From the NCBI GenBank assembly GCA_973895155.1, contig OZ316891.1:7247808-7311807 (forward strand): a stretch of 64,000 bases of DNA. The letters run 5' to 3'. Of the stretch, positions 1 to 11,539 are shown piece by piece. The DNA is from Marsupella aquatica (taxonomy: Eukaryota > Plantae > Marchantiophyta). The notes under the pieces were generated by a model. It was given only the letters and a program-made list of their open reading frames with translations, made no database searches and was not told where the DNA came from. The position numbers were made by a program, and so were the translations under genes. How positions within the stretch are numbered: position 1 is the stretch's first letter; each line of letters begins with the position of its first letter.

Positions 1-376
1 TGCTTTAACCTGGTGAACATTGCAACGTTGAATGAATTAATGGGCCATGTGATAATATGCAAAATGATTTATGCCTCACTCATTTGTCTCAGCCACTATC
101 ATAACCTATTTAGGATGTATAAATTTCAACCCTTATGACACTGCTTCATACCAATCCTCTTCGAAGAATGCCTGTTTTACATGTCACGACTATTGTATGT
201 GATTCAAATGCATGAAATGTTGTTGCAGATCTCCTTTGGTGAATCATAGCCACAATTAAAATTGAGGTGTTGGTGGATAAATTGTATTAGGGGATCAGTT
301 TTGTGTGTGGGCTCAACATACCAAAAGTATGTGTGCTCTGCATCCTTGTGTGGCCATTCCAATTCATTGCAGTAGC

Positions 377-520
377 AAATGCCTTTGTACCTTAAATGCT
401 AAATATATTTTACTTTCTGTGCAGTCTGCTAAATTGTAGAGTCTATCTAAATGCCTTTGTACCTTAAATGCTAAATATATTTTACTTTCTATGCAGTCTG
501 CTAAATTGTAGAGTCTATCT
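377..520. repeat. 72-bp direct tandem duplication (2 copies, 1 mismatch) containing a splice-acceptor-like site
   Basis: AAATGCCTTTGTACC...GAGTCTATCT at 377-448 and 449-520. Confidence 0.95.
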
Positions 521-531
521 CATGCGCAGGC

Positions 532-1212
532 ATGGCACGGCCTAAAATTCAAGCCAAAAAGCGTGTGACAGAGGTGAGAAACACAGGTGTACTTGGGGCA
601 GATGCTACTAACTTCTCTGCAAGTCAGATTTTCCAGAAGGCAGCTCATTGTTGTGCCATTTGTGACGATGGTGGGGGCCTGGTCATTTGTGAGGGCCTTT
701 GCATGAGGCATTTCCACCTCAACCCGGAGTCTGACCTTGCTGCAGAAAACAACTGTCCAGGGGTGGGCCTCCCGTCAACACACCAGGGAGACTGGATGTG
801 CACTGATTTTTTGGAGAAGCAGGCTAAGTGTGCACAGTGTGGGAAGTTGGGGTCCTATGAGGGCTCTGTTGATGCTGCAGCAAATGTTAGGAAATGTCCA
901 GACCGTTTTTGTGTGAGATTTTTCTGTTTTGAGTGTTTGCCTGCTCATGCCACAGCTTGCCCACTTCATAGGTGCAAGGCATGTGGTGAGCATGATGATG
1001 ACTACTGGACTGACATAGTCCATTGTGCTAGGTGTCCCACTATGTGACACTATCATTGCCTGAAAGATCATCAAGCAGAGGGTTATGCTTGTGACAGAGA
1101 AATCTATGATCACTCTGCACATGGTGTTGATCGATGGATATTTTATTGTCATCGCCATGCCATTGATCCTACCTCGCGCACTCCTGTGAGAGATCACATA
1201 TCTTGGTTGTGA
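532..1212 (+). pseudogene. Stand-alone EDM2-like composite PHD/zinc-finger protein (~226 aa) with one in-frame TGA at 1045-1047
   Basis: CAICDDGG..CEGLCMRHFH..C..., C-x2-C-GKLGS, CPLHRCKAC, CARCP. Reading through the TGA gives HYHCL...IFYCHRHAIDPTSRTPVRDHISWL*, matching my recollection of the EDM2 PHD region (CAICDNGG..CEGSCLRSFH; CPLHKC; LIYCQEHEID..TPVRDH). Basic N-terminus ARPKIQAKKR. Confidence 0.8.
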
Positions 1213-1804
1213 AGCTGAACATTGTACATGCACAGTGCACCTGATGTGGATGTACTATTTTTTGAGATTGCAGAGATTCCAATTTTGAAAAGGAGTTGGG
1301 TAGGCGAGTTTATATAGGCAGCACTTATCTTGTGCTCTGGCGTCAGTGGCTGGGTACATGCCTATACAAACTTATCCTTACAAGCCTTCTTGGAAGTATT
1401 TAGGCTGAGTGGTCATTTTCATAAACACTTTCATCAGACTGCTAAATTAAAACAGGACTTCTAAGTTGTAAGCGTATAAATTATCAGGCATGCAATTAAT
1501 CAAATTGCCCTATAAGTTTGTCATTGAATGTATCCTCCTTTACAACAAAATATGTATGTGCCATGACAAGTTGGTTGCACTTCATTTCACCACGGATATG
1601 GATTTTGTAGTATATATTCAAACAATATCCTGCATCCGTGCAGGTGCCTAGTACGTATTGTTCACATATCCCTTGTACCTATTAAAATCGGACTTGAGCA
1701 CCAGTGGGCCAGATCAACTCAAAAAGCAGGAATTTTGTTGTCCTTGTATTGTCAGGTGAACCCATTCTTCCAAAATTCACTGTCATCACGTAGGGTGTGT
1801 GTAC

Positions 1805-2677
1805 ATGGAGCCTGGTAAACTTAGAAAGTGTGACCACCCAGCAGTGTTTACAGGGGTCAGAGCGATTTTGGTCCATGGCCAGCATGGGTTGACCAAAGTG
1901 CATTGGCCAACTGTACAGAAACGATTCTCTGAGCTCCATGGCACTGTAGTTCAGGACATCACTCCAGAGACTACACATGTTGTTGCAGGGACATGGCTAT
2001 CAGTGATAAAGAAGTGGTCATGGTCCTACATGAATTCTGCAATTACTAAGCAAGGCCTAAAAGTAGTTGAGGCCTCTTGGATCACAGCTTCCATAGCACA
2101 TAAGATTGTACAAGATACTGAGCAATATGAGTTGTGGGAGGATGAAGAAGCTACTGCATCAGCTTGGGCTGAACAAGAAGTCTGGGAAGCAAAGGCACGG
2201 CTTGCTGATCTCCAATATGGACCTGTACTCAACAAAGGACAGAGCTCTACAAGGCTGAAGAGTATGTTGGCTGAGGAGACGAAGCAACCAACCCCCATTC
2301 TGAAAGGGCTGAGCATGGTATTTGTGGAGGCGGGAATTGGAGAGGTTAAGTGCAAAGTGTACAAGTCCACAGTGCTTGACCTAGGTGGGACAGTGGAGGA
2401 GAATATAACAGAGGACACCACTCATGTCATTACTAAGTCATATCCCAAAGCCTGCCGCAAGTTTGGGAAGGGAGACATTCGCTTTTATGTCATGTCCCAT
2501 AATGTGTTTGTGGTTTCATATGCTTGGCTTGTGGAATCAGTAGCAGCTGGGAAGCGTCAAAACCCAATGGACTATGATCTTTTTGAGGCCTGGCCACGGA
2601 AGGGTCAGGATCCTTACAGAGAGGACTATGAGACAACAAGTGAGGAATGGGTCATTAGCGATTCTGAATCAGAGTGA
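1805..2677 (+). CDS. Tandem BRCT-domain protein (two Pol lambda-like BRCT repeats, acidic tail); reading frame intact
   Basis: Two repeats with the BRCT pattern: (F/L)xG..., GTV..., TTHV(V/I), W-x3-S (ASWITASI; YAWLVESV). ATG at 1805 follows an AG acceptor at 1793. Confidence 0.85.
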   Translation: MEPGKLRKCDHPAVFTGVRAILVHGQHGLTKVHWPTVQKRFSELHGTVVQDITPETTHVVAGTWLSVIKKWSWSYMNSAITKQGLKVVEASWITASIAHKIVQDTEQYELWEDEEATASAWAEQEVWEAKARLADLQYGPVLNKGQSSTRLKSMLAEETKQPTPILKGLSMVFVEAGIGEVKCKVYKSTVLDLGGTVEENITEDTTHVITKSYPKACRKFGKGDIRFYVMSHNVFVVSYAWLVESVAAGKRQNPMDYDLFEAWPRKGQDPYREDYETTSEEWVISDSESE

Positions 2678-3110
2678 GGAGTAGTAACATCAGTTTGGAC
2701 ACAAGTTTTTTTGTATAAATCAGATCATTGAAATAAATGTGATCTTTGAACTAATGTACCTTGTTATGGTTGGTGGCAGTTGGGCTTATTTTACTGTTGG
2801 CGGATTGTTGTTTCCTGCTGCCTAGGGGTGTCACTATAAACGTACATGCAGAGGCGGTACATTTGAGGACAGCGGAGGAGGTGGTGACACCCTCCAACAT
2901 TTAGGAATTTTGTGTCATTCACTTGACAATAGGTACACTACTTGCAAACCTGTTTTTTTCTTTTGGGGTGGTTTAGGGTTTGTGAGAATTTAGTACACGT
3001 TATGTTAACTCTTTTGGCAGATACAGTCAGGGATATATGGAACACAAATACCACCATTAGGCATCCTTGTTCACTGCTGTCCATGACTGCAGAGCTCCCA
3101 GCCTGTTACA

Positions 3111-6100
3111 ATGCACCCTGGTCACCACCCTCCCCAGACCCAGCCCAGGGCACAGGCACTGCCTTTGCATCATCCCACAAGGATATCACGCCATGATAAT
3201 AAGCTTTGGCAGCGTGAAAGGTTACGAACCAGATTTTCAGGAGCCAGTAGGATGAGATGTCCTTGTGCAATCTGCCAAGGATCCCGTACCAGGGGTCTGA
3301 ATGAGGTTTGGCGGCATATCGCGGTTCATGGAAGAGATCCACAACATCGAGTTTGGAATGATCCTGCAGAGGAAGATTCTTCCGACGAGGAGTGGAGGTT
3401 AGAATTTGATGCTGCCAATGCTGCAAGACGGGCAAGTGAGGTTCTGCCTGGTGCATTTGAAAATGTTGTAGCTGGTCTCTATGGGTTGTCAGCTCTCCAA
3501 CGGGATGGTGCTCAGGCAGCACCACGTGACGAAGGAATTCATGTGGAAGAGATGGTGAGAGACATCTTCCAAGACTTGGATGCATTTCATGATGGGCTGG
3601 ACAACGAAGAGGATACGGCTGCAGATGCAAGTGTGCCCCCTGTCGAAGAGCCTCTTGATGAGTTTGAGATAGGGCAGGAAACCCCTGGGCATGATGGGAT
3701 GTTTGGCTCTCCCCTGCAAATACAGGAAGGCAGGAAGTCTTTGTACCCCGGTAGCAAATGTTCTAAACTGGGATTTGTCATCATGTTCTTGAACATTTGC
3801 GGCAACCACAATGTCCCCAACGTTTTGGTTTCTGAGTTGTTGGCATTCTTGCGAACAACTGTGCTACCAGATAGTAATATTTTGCCCAAGAACATGTACG
3901 AGGCAAAAAGATGCATATCTAATCTTGGATTGAACTATGATTCGATCCATGCCTGTCCTGATGGGCATGTTCTTTTCAGAAAGGAGTATAAAGAATCGTT
4001 GACATGCCCTAAGTGTGGGAAGCACAGGTATCGGAACTCAGGAAAGTCTATGGTTCCCGCCAAGGTACTTCATCATTTTCCACTCATTCCCAGACTTTAG
4101 CGGATGTTCAGAAGCCGTGCCATCTCGGAGATGATGACTTGGGCAACTGACAAGAAAAGTGATGATGGGCTACAACGATATGCTACAGATTCAAGGCAAT
4201 GGAAACTCATAGATGAGATGTATCCCGAATTTGCTGCTGAGCCGAGGAATGTCAGACTTGGGCTGTCATTGGATGGGGTAAACCCATTTGGAGACAAGAA
4301 CAACAAATTTTCGTGCTGGCCTGTAACTATTTTGAATTATAACCTTCCTCCTTGGATGACTACAAAGCAATTTTTTGTTCTGATGGTCCTACTGATACCA
4401 GGGCCAGACAGTGCTGTATCTGCCAACATAGATGTGTTTCTGGCTCCCCTAGTGGAGGAATTGAGAAAGCTTTGGGAGGAAGGAGTTCTCACATATGATG
4501 TCCTACAGAGGCTTGGGAGGTTAAACCCATTCATCCTTAGAGCCATTGTCATTCTGACTATAGCTGACTACCCAGCCCATGGGATGATATCAGGCCAAAC
4601 AACAAAAGGATATTGTGCTTGTACTATCTGTGGGCGCAATGTCACCAGTGAGTACTCCAGAGCCCTGCAGAAAGTGATATACATGGGCCATCATCGTTTT
4701 CTGAAGGCAGATCACCCTTACAGAGAAAGACAGGCACTGATTGCACACTTTGGCAATGAGATTGAGCAACGTGGACCCCCGGCACGAGTGACCAAAGAGG
4801 AGATCAGGCAGTGGGGAGCACTGAGGGATGACTATATCAAACGAGGGGGCAGGGAAGATGGAGTGAGTGATCCAATAAAGCGATATGGTGTAAAAAGACT
4901 GAGCATATTGGACTTGGAGCTCAAGTACTGGAGGGTAAGCCTCTTGGAGTTGATGCTAATTGGGATACATGTTTTGGTTCAGAGCATGTGCATTCATTTC
5001 GAAGAGAGAGACTAAACTTGAGGCATTTCCTGACGCTTTTGCATTGCAACGATGCAGGAGTTTGAGCCAAGCAAACATAACATTGATGTTATGCACATTG
5101 AAAAGAATATTTGTGAGAGTCTACTCAGATTCTTGTGTGGAGAGAAAGACACTGGTTCAGTGAGATTGGATCTTGAACAGAGGGGAATGAAACCCCATCT
5201 TTGGTTGAGGCCACATGCCCACAGAGCTGATGTGCTCTTGAAGTACCAAGCGCCCTATGTTCTGACAGACACAGAGTGGGAACTATTTGTGCAGAGGTTG
5301 AGTTCTTTGAAGGTTCCTTCAAACTATGGTAGTGCTTTCAAGAAGCATATCATGACTAGAAAGCTTGGTAGTATGAAAAGCCATGACTACCATATGTTGA
5401 TGCAACAGGTGTTGCCTTTATGCCTGAGGGGCCTGTTGCAGAAGCCTGTTCGTACTGTGATCATGCGACTCAGTGATGTGTTTCGTCGTATTTGTGTGAA
5501 GGTTTGGGATGAAACACATTTCCCACAACTGACAGAAGATGTCGCTCAGGTGCTGTGTGACCTGGAGATTTATTTTCCTCCCGCATTTTTTGATGTCATG
5601 ACCCACCTACTTGTCCATGTTGTGGAAGAGCTACACCAATTTGGGCTTGTGAGTGCTCGTTGGTTGTACCCTTTGGAACGGTACATGAAGCTACTCAAAG
5701 GTCACGTGAGAACATATTACAAACCTGAAGCAAGCATGGCTAAAGGTTACATCAAGGATGAGACTCTGGGATTTCTGACCGAATACATAGCACAATATGA
5801 GCATGTGAAGACCAGGGTGTGAAATTCTGATGAGGAGGAAGGGGTGATAGGTGAAGTACTGGAAGGGGCTGCAACCACAAAGAACCTGACCATATCTATG
5901 AGAGACTTGGCACATGACTTTGTATTGCACAACACTGTGGTGATGGAACCCTGGATACAGTGAGTGCATACATGTGCTATAATCCAGTTCATGAGCTTAA
6001 ATGTTGTGTTCGTGTGGTTTTCTCCTTCAGCCTGTTCATGTTTACCCAAGCTAATGCTGTGTGGTTGTTCGTTCAGGGAGTATGAGTCATTGAAGGCGGC

Positions 6101-6842
6101 CCATCCCACTGCAGGAACAACTTTTCCAGGTTTCATGGAGTGGATCAGAGTGGCAATTAGAGAGCATCATGAGACCCACCCAGACATGGATGCAGATGTT
6201 TACCTACTGTCTAATGCCCCTAGCCTGAAAGTGAAGACTTACAAACGGATGAGAGCATATGGGAATCACTTCCGAGTGAAGGATGGTCACAGTGCCTACA
6301 GGGTGACGAATGACTGCGGGCTCATCACTGTATTTGAGCAACAGAGCCACAATCACGACAGGGCCTGGATGGAGATGGGATATGTGGGAGAATTAGTTGA
6401 CATATGGGCTCTGGACTATGGGGCGGTGTCCAGTCCTATGATTCTTATGAAAGGTTCATGGGTGCGGCAGGATTGGCTTGGTAATAGGGCTACCATGAAG
6501 AGAGACAACGACGGTTTCTTGCTGGCCAATTTCAGAGGGAAATTGCCCGAATGGTCTGAGCCATTTGTGTTTCCTAGTCAGGTGGAGCAAGCTTTCTTCC
6601 TGGATGTGGAAGACTCCCCAGGTTGGCGTGTAGTGTGTCATAAACAGGCCAGGCAACGTCGGATGGAAGGATCAAACCTTGAGTTTCATTTACACTCTCA
6701 TAGTGCCTTTGATCGTCGGTGTTCAGACCAAGTGCCTGTAGTTCATGATAGCGGGGACTTCATTCCTGTGACAAGGGTAGATGCATTTGCTGAAGGAGGC
6801 GAATTCAGAGATGCAGATGCCAACAGTGTGCCTGTGCCATGA
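3111..6842 (+). pseudogene. CACTA TnpD/Tnp2-like transposase (transposase-associated Zn motif, Transposase_21, DUF4218, DUF4216); introns 4935-5057 and 5960-6076; premature stops at 4098-4100 and 5820-5822
   Basis: IHACPDGHVLF..CPKC, PRNVRLGLSLDGVNPF, YNLPPW, DYPA, HNIDVMHIEKN, KSHDYH, FPPAFFDVMTHL, WLYPLER, EPFVFPSQVEQ. GT-AG introns restore the frame. Confidence 0.95.
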
Positions 6843-6998
6843 GTAATGTGAATTGTTTGCATGGACATTAGTGAGGGGAAGGATGTGTAATAAAGTAATT
6901 CTGAAGCAACACAGATGTATGGATGGATGCCTGGTGATTGTGGTTGCATTGTGTTATACGGGGTGACCATAGATGACATGTTTTTGTGGTCCAGTAGG

Positions 6999-9900
6999 AT
7001 GGAACAGAGTGACACAGAGATGTGTGAGTATGAAAGGAAAGCTATGGAACAACGAGCATACGTGAAAGCCAAAATCGCAGAACTGGATCTGGAAAAGGAT
7101 GTGGCTGAATTGTAAGGGAACGATTCTCAACTACACCCCTCCGCTGAGTTTGTGTGACATGAATAGTTCAATGTGGCACTGAAATTGTGACTGTATTCTC
7201 ATATTGGAATGTCGCAGAGCCACAACATTTTCAAAGAAACAAAAGGAGTACGCAAGAAGGGTGACCAGCACTATCTCTGGGCCTGTGCGTCGGAGTGACA
7301 GGTTGAGCAAGAAGGTCGTACCTACAATGGCAGAATGTGGAGATGACATTAATGCTGCACAGGTGGGTGCAGACACTAGACAAGAAGATGCAGATGATGA
7401 GTATTTTCCAGAGGAAATGGATGAGGATGGGGGTTATGAAGATGAATACATTGCAGAGCAGCCCCAAAAGAAACATGTAAGTAGTTTTCCCAACAAGGTT
7501 TTGAGTTAAAAACTCTTGTTTAGAGGTTTCATATGTTCAGTACTACACATATGTACCTTGCTTAGTTCCTGACATTGTAGTTGGTGATGTGATGCAGCGT
7601 CCTGGCAGTTCTGTTTTGCCTTCGAAGCCTGTGCATGCACCATACCAGCAGGGGGGGCTGACCTCTGATCAAGGTTGGCACTCGGGGGGGGTCACTTCCA
7701 TGGAAGTGACACATCACGTGCGACGAAGTATAGGCCCATTTAAATGGGTGTGGCGGAAGACTTCCAAAGTTTGGTGGAAGAACACATAGGGCATGTTTTA
7801 TTGATTGGTCGACTTTAAAGAACACATAGGCCTATTTAATTGCAAAAAATACTTTCTATAAAGTTTTTAGGGGTTTTTTAATAAAAAATGACAAAATTTT
7901 AAGAAAGAAAGGGCTTTGCAAAAAAATATTTTTCACTTTAAAGTTAGGGGGGTCAAACCCTAAAACGTCGCACGCGATGTATGACCCTCCATATAGTGAC
8001 CCCCCCGAGGGTTGGCAAGGTGGTAGTAGTGGTAGATCCCAGGCTGGTGCCCAATACTATGGCAGGGGGCAAGCTCTAGGTTATGCCCGTGGTAGAGGCA
8101 GAGCAGGTCCAAACCCACAATCTCGTGGGTATGGACGCCCACCTCAACCATGGGGATGTGAGTATATATCTATATGCCAGTTCTTTGTGAAGGCATGGCA
8201 CTCCTGAATTTCAGACTGCATATCAATTTTTGACATTGTTTGGGATGTATTGGATTCAGACAACATGAAATTCTGTCCACCTGCCATTGCATGCAGATTT
8301 TGCCCAACCTGATTGGGCAAATGCTAGTAATGATCAGTTCCAATGTCCACAAGGACAGACATGGGTTGAACCAGGTTGGGAGGATGGTGGTGGGTCGTGG
8401 AATGAACAAGGTTGGGAAGGTGGTGAAGGTAATTGGCAGGGATATCAAAATTCAGTACCTACAAACGCTGGAAGAGGAGCAGGTAATGTCTGATCTTGTC
8501 AGCAATGGAAGAACTCATTATATGTGGAGTCCATTCACGTGGGGGGGACTCTGCACATGTATAATGATAGAAAATGTATGTGTGCAGGTTGGACAGTCGA
8601 ACCATCGACTCAAGTATTCACTAATGCCCCTATGCAGATGCAGCACGGAAGGGGGACAGGTATGTCGGTGAATGTTCAGTTGTTTTCCTATAGTTTGTAC
8701 TTAGTTTTCAGTACATATGTTTGCACACACATACCTAGAAAGTGACATCATCCGGCCCCTGTACTAGGCTGGACAGGTGGTCCAGGGTCGCAACAATTTC
8801 AGAGTGCAGTCCCTGCACAGGCATCTATAGGCAGAGCTACAGGTATGTATGTTTGAAGAATTTTTCTTGAAGTGAAGCATTGAATGTTGCCGTCATCCAT
8901 TCTGCTATATGTAGTTCTCAAGCATGAATGGCATTGTATTTTCCCAGGTGGCTTCAGAACCCCAGGTAGGGTGAATGAAGGGGTGGCCAATACAACGCCC
9001 AGTACTACCGAGAGCAGTGCACGAGGGGAGGTGACAAAGAAAGGGAATGTAAAGTTGAATGAGAGACAATGGGTGGATGCTGAGTGTCCTCGCAAGAACC
9101 GATGGCATGCTGATTTGAAAGCTGAAGTATTGCGTTGGTTAGATGTGAGTGTTATTAATTTTAAAAAATAGCATCCAAAAGATTGGAAGACTGTATGTGA
9201 AAATGTTGCTGCCAAATGGAATTATGTGGGCAGTGATGATGGCGTGGACATAGGTTGCCTAGAGAGTACAGCAGGTAAAATTATCAAGCAAGAGAGGTGG
9301 AGAATGCATAAGGCTTGGAAGGAAGGTGGGGAGAAGCCAGATATGCCTCCACCAGCCAGTTGTGATGATAAAGTGTGGGCAAGGTTAGTAGCTTATTTTG
9401 TAACAGATGCTTCAAAAAAGAAGAGTTCACAGATGACCGAGGCCAGGTTGAGTGTTCAAAACCCTAATCTGACAGGAAGGACCGGCACTGCACCGACAGC
9501 TAAACGTTTGGTAAGAATGAATGGCCTAGCTATGTAATTTATGCTACACTATGTACTATTTTTTAGTGTAAACCCATACATGTAAACTTTGTTTTTTAGT
9601 GTACGTTCCCTGAATATTGATCGATAACTTGTGTTTGCCATGCATGTGCAGAAAGCCCAATTGGGGCAAAGCCCTTCAAAAGAAGAGTTGAGGGCTGAAA
9701 TTGTGAACACCCGGGCTCAAGGGGGTGCATCTGAATCCTCCAAGCAGTAAGTTATATGAGTTCTGATTGGTAATTGAATGACCTGCGTTGAATTTCAAGT
9801 GTACATTGTATATAACATTGATTGTGCATATATTGCCCAACATTTCATATGGAGTGATTGAACCTATACCCCTGTGTCATGTAGGGAGGTGGATCTTCAC

Positions 9901-11041
9901 TTACAGAGATAAGTGGTCGTTTGAAGGCTGTCGAAACATGTCTTCCAGAGATCAATGAACGTTTGAATTCATTGACTGACTTGTTCCATGTGAACTTCAA
10001 GACATTAATGGAAGCTGTTGTGTCGGTGAGAGATAAAATTGATTCCAATTCTGCAGGAGTTCCACCATCACCACTTGAGGTGGCAAAGTCGATGCACTCT
10101 TCTGGCATGCCAACGACATGTAGGCTTGAAGGTAAGGCCTTTACAATTGTGTGGGATATGATTATTAAATGTATAGTTTGAATTGACATTGTTTGTTGAA
10201 TGTGTTATTTTCAGTAACATATATTGTGGTTGTTGTGTCCATAGAGAATAAGATAGGTGCTACAGAGAAGAAGTATGAGAACCTGGCAAATACTCGCTGT
10301 AATTTAGAGGCAACAAAGTTGCAGTCTGTACAAGCAACTTGTTTGACAGAGGGTAGTCAACCATGTTTGGATGAGGATGACATTGGCAAGGGAGTGGATG
10401 ATATCAATGTTGGGGCAAATGAGGATATCAGCAAGCATGACAATGATACCATTGAGCCAGATTCATGCTATGTAGATCTTGACTCCATTGCAGAGATAAA
10501 TGATTTGCAGAATGTATCATTCTCAATGACAGGTGTGCCTCTTGTTGAGATAAATCCAACCAAAGAGTTAGTTGGTATGACACTCCCAGGTGATGAACCT
10601 GCTACTGTGACAGTCCTAATAGAGGAACCTACTGAGCCTAGCTTCACTACTGTGAAGAGAGGAAGCATGCGCACACGAAGCAAGTCTGCTGGTGGGAGCA
10701 GAGCCACGTCAAAGGTTTCATACAAACCTCCAAGAACAGTGCTGGCAGAAAGATCTAAGGTGGAAGTGGGGAAAGCACCTAATGCTGAGGGACAAAGTGG
10801 CTTGTTAGCTGTTGATGAGAGTGGAACACGAGTAGGATTTGCCAGAGTGCAGGTTGGTTCCACAACGTTCCATGGCAAGAGGATTCCCCCAGGTTATTCA
10901 GTAGTGTTAGTCACATTACTAGTGAAACCTAAAGCTGTCCTTCCCATTCCAAACACAAATGATGATCCTCCTCAAAAGACACTTGGAGATGCTGCAGGTT
11001 CTTTGGTATTATGGCCAAGCAAGTTCATAGAGGATCCATAA
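6999..11041 (+). pseudogene. CACTA ORF2 (TnpA-like), about 10 exons; Transposase_24-like central region and TNP1-like C-terminal domain; TAG at 9169-9171 and MITE insertion in exon 3
   Basis: Approximate GT-AG exons: 6999-7111, 7218-7476, 7598-8157 (minus MITE), 8297-8482, 8588-8659, 8768-8842, 8948-9510, 9652-9746, 9885-10131, 10245-11041. Motifs WARLVAYF..KKKSSQMTEAR..NLTGRTG and FHGKRIPPGYSVV..LPIP..TLGDAAGSLVLWP. Confidence 0.8.
7681..8009. mobile_element. 329-bp MITE with ~44-bp imperfect TIRs and an 8-bp TSD (GGTTGGCA)
   Basis: Left CTCGGGGGGGGTCACT..ACATCACGTGCGACG; right CGTCGCACGCGATGT..AGTGACCCCCCCGAG. GGTTGGCA at 7673-7680 and 8010-8017. Removing it restores the ORF2 frame (..SDQGWQGGSSG..). 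Confidence 0.92.
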
Positions 11042-11539
11042 CAATGTCATGCCATTATTTGTTTGTAGTGTGAGTCATGTTATGTAGATTTTAGATGTCA
11101 AGAAGCAGTACAAGAATCATGTCCTCTTGGAGATTCATAGTATCATGCATGTGCTTTCAGTTATCTCATCCTACAGTCATCAATTATGAGTTCCTGTTTT
11201 GTCTAAATTACATTGATCACATTGTAAACTATTCCATTGGAATTCAAATGATCTTCATTTTTTAGCAAGATTGTGATTGTGTTTAATTCTTATGAATGTT
11301 TTATGTAGGATCTGCTTATATGATGCTTTGTTTCATGTGGATGTCATTCATGCTATGTTCATTTCTTGTATTCAATGTGTTATATTTCTAAAGTTAGAAC
11401 ATCAGGTTTCTATGTATTGTAATGTCGAGTGCTCTCTCTCCTTATGAACTGTCCCTCTGTGTTCATTAGTCATGGTTATAACTTGCATGTGAACCTTATT
11501 AGTTATAAACATGAGTATATAGAGTCCCAAATGGTTCTG

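Noticed and set aside
2832-2846. CACTA pentamer between the BRCT gene and the transposase as the element's left TIR
   Set aside because: Continues CACTATAAACG, not CACTAGAAGAAT; not preceded by GTT; no dense GTCAC array follows
1045-9171. In-frame stops as programmed readthrough, U-to-C editing or an alternative genetic code
   Set aside because: Host genes in the window have no such stops, plant U-to-C editing is organellar, and mutational decay of a TE is sufficient
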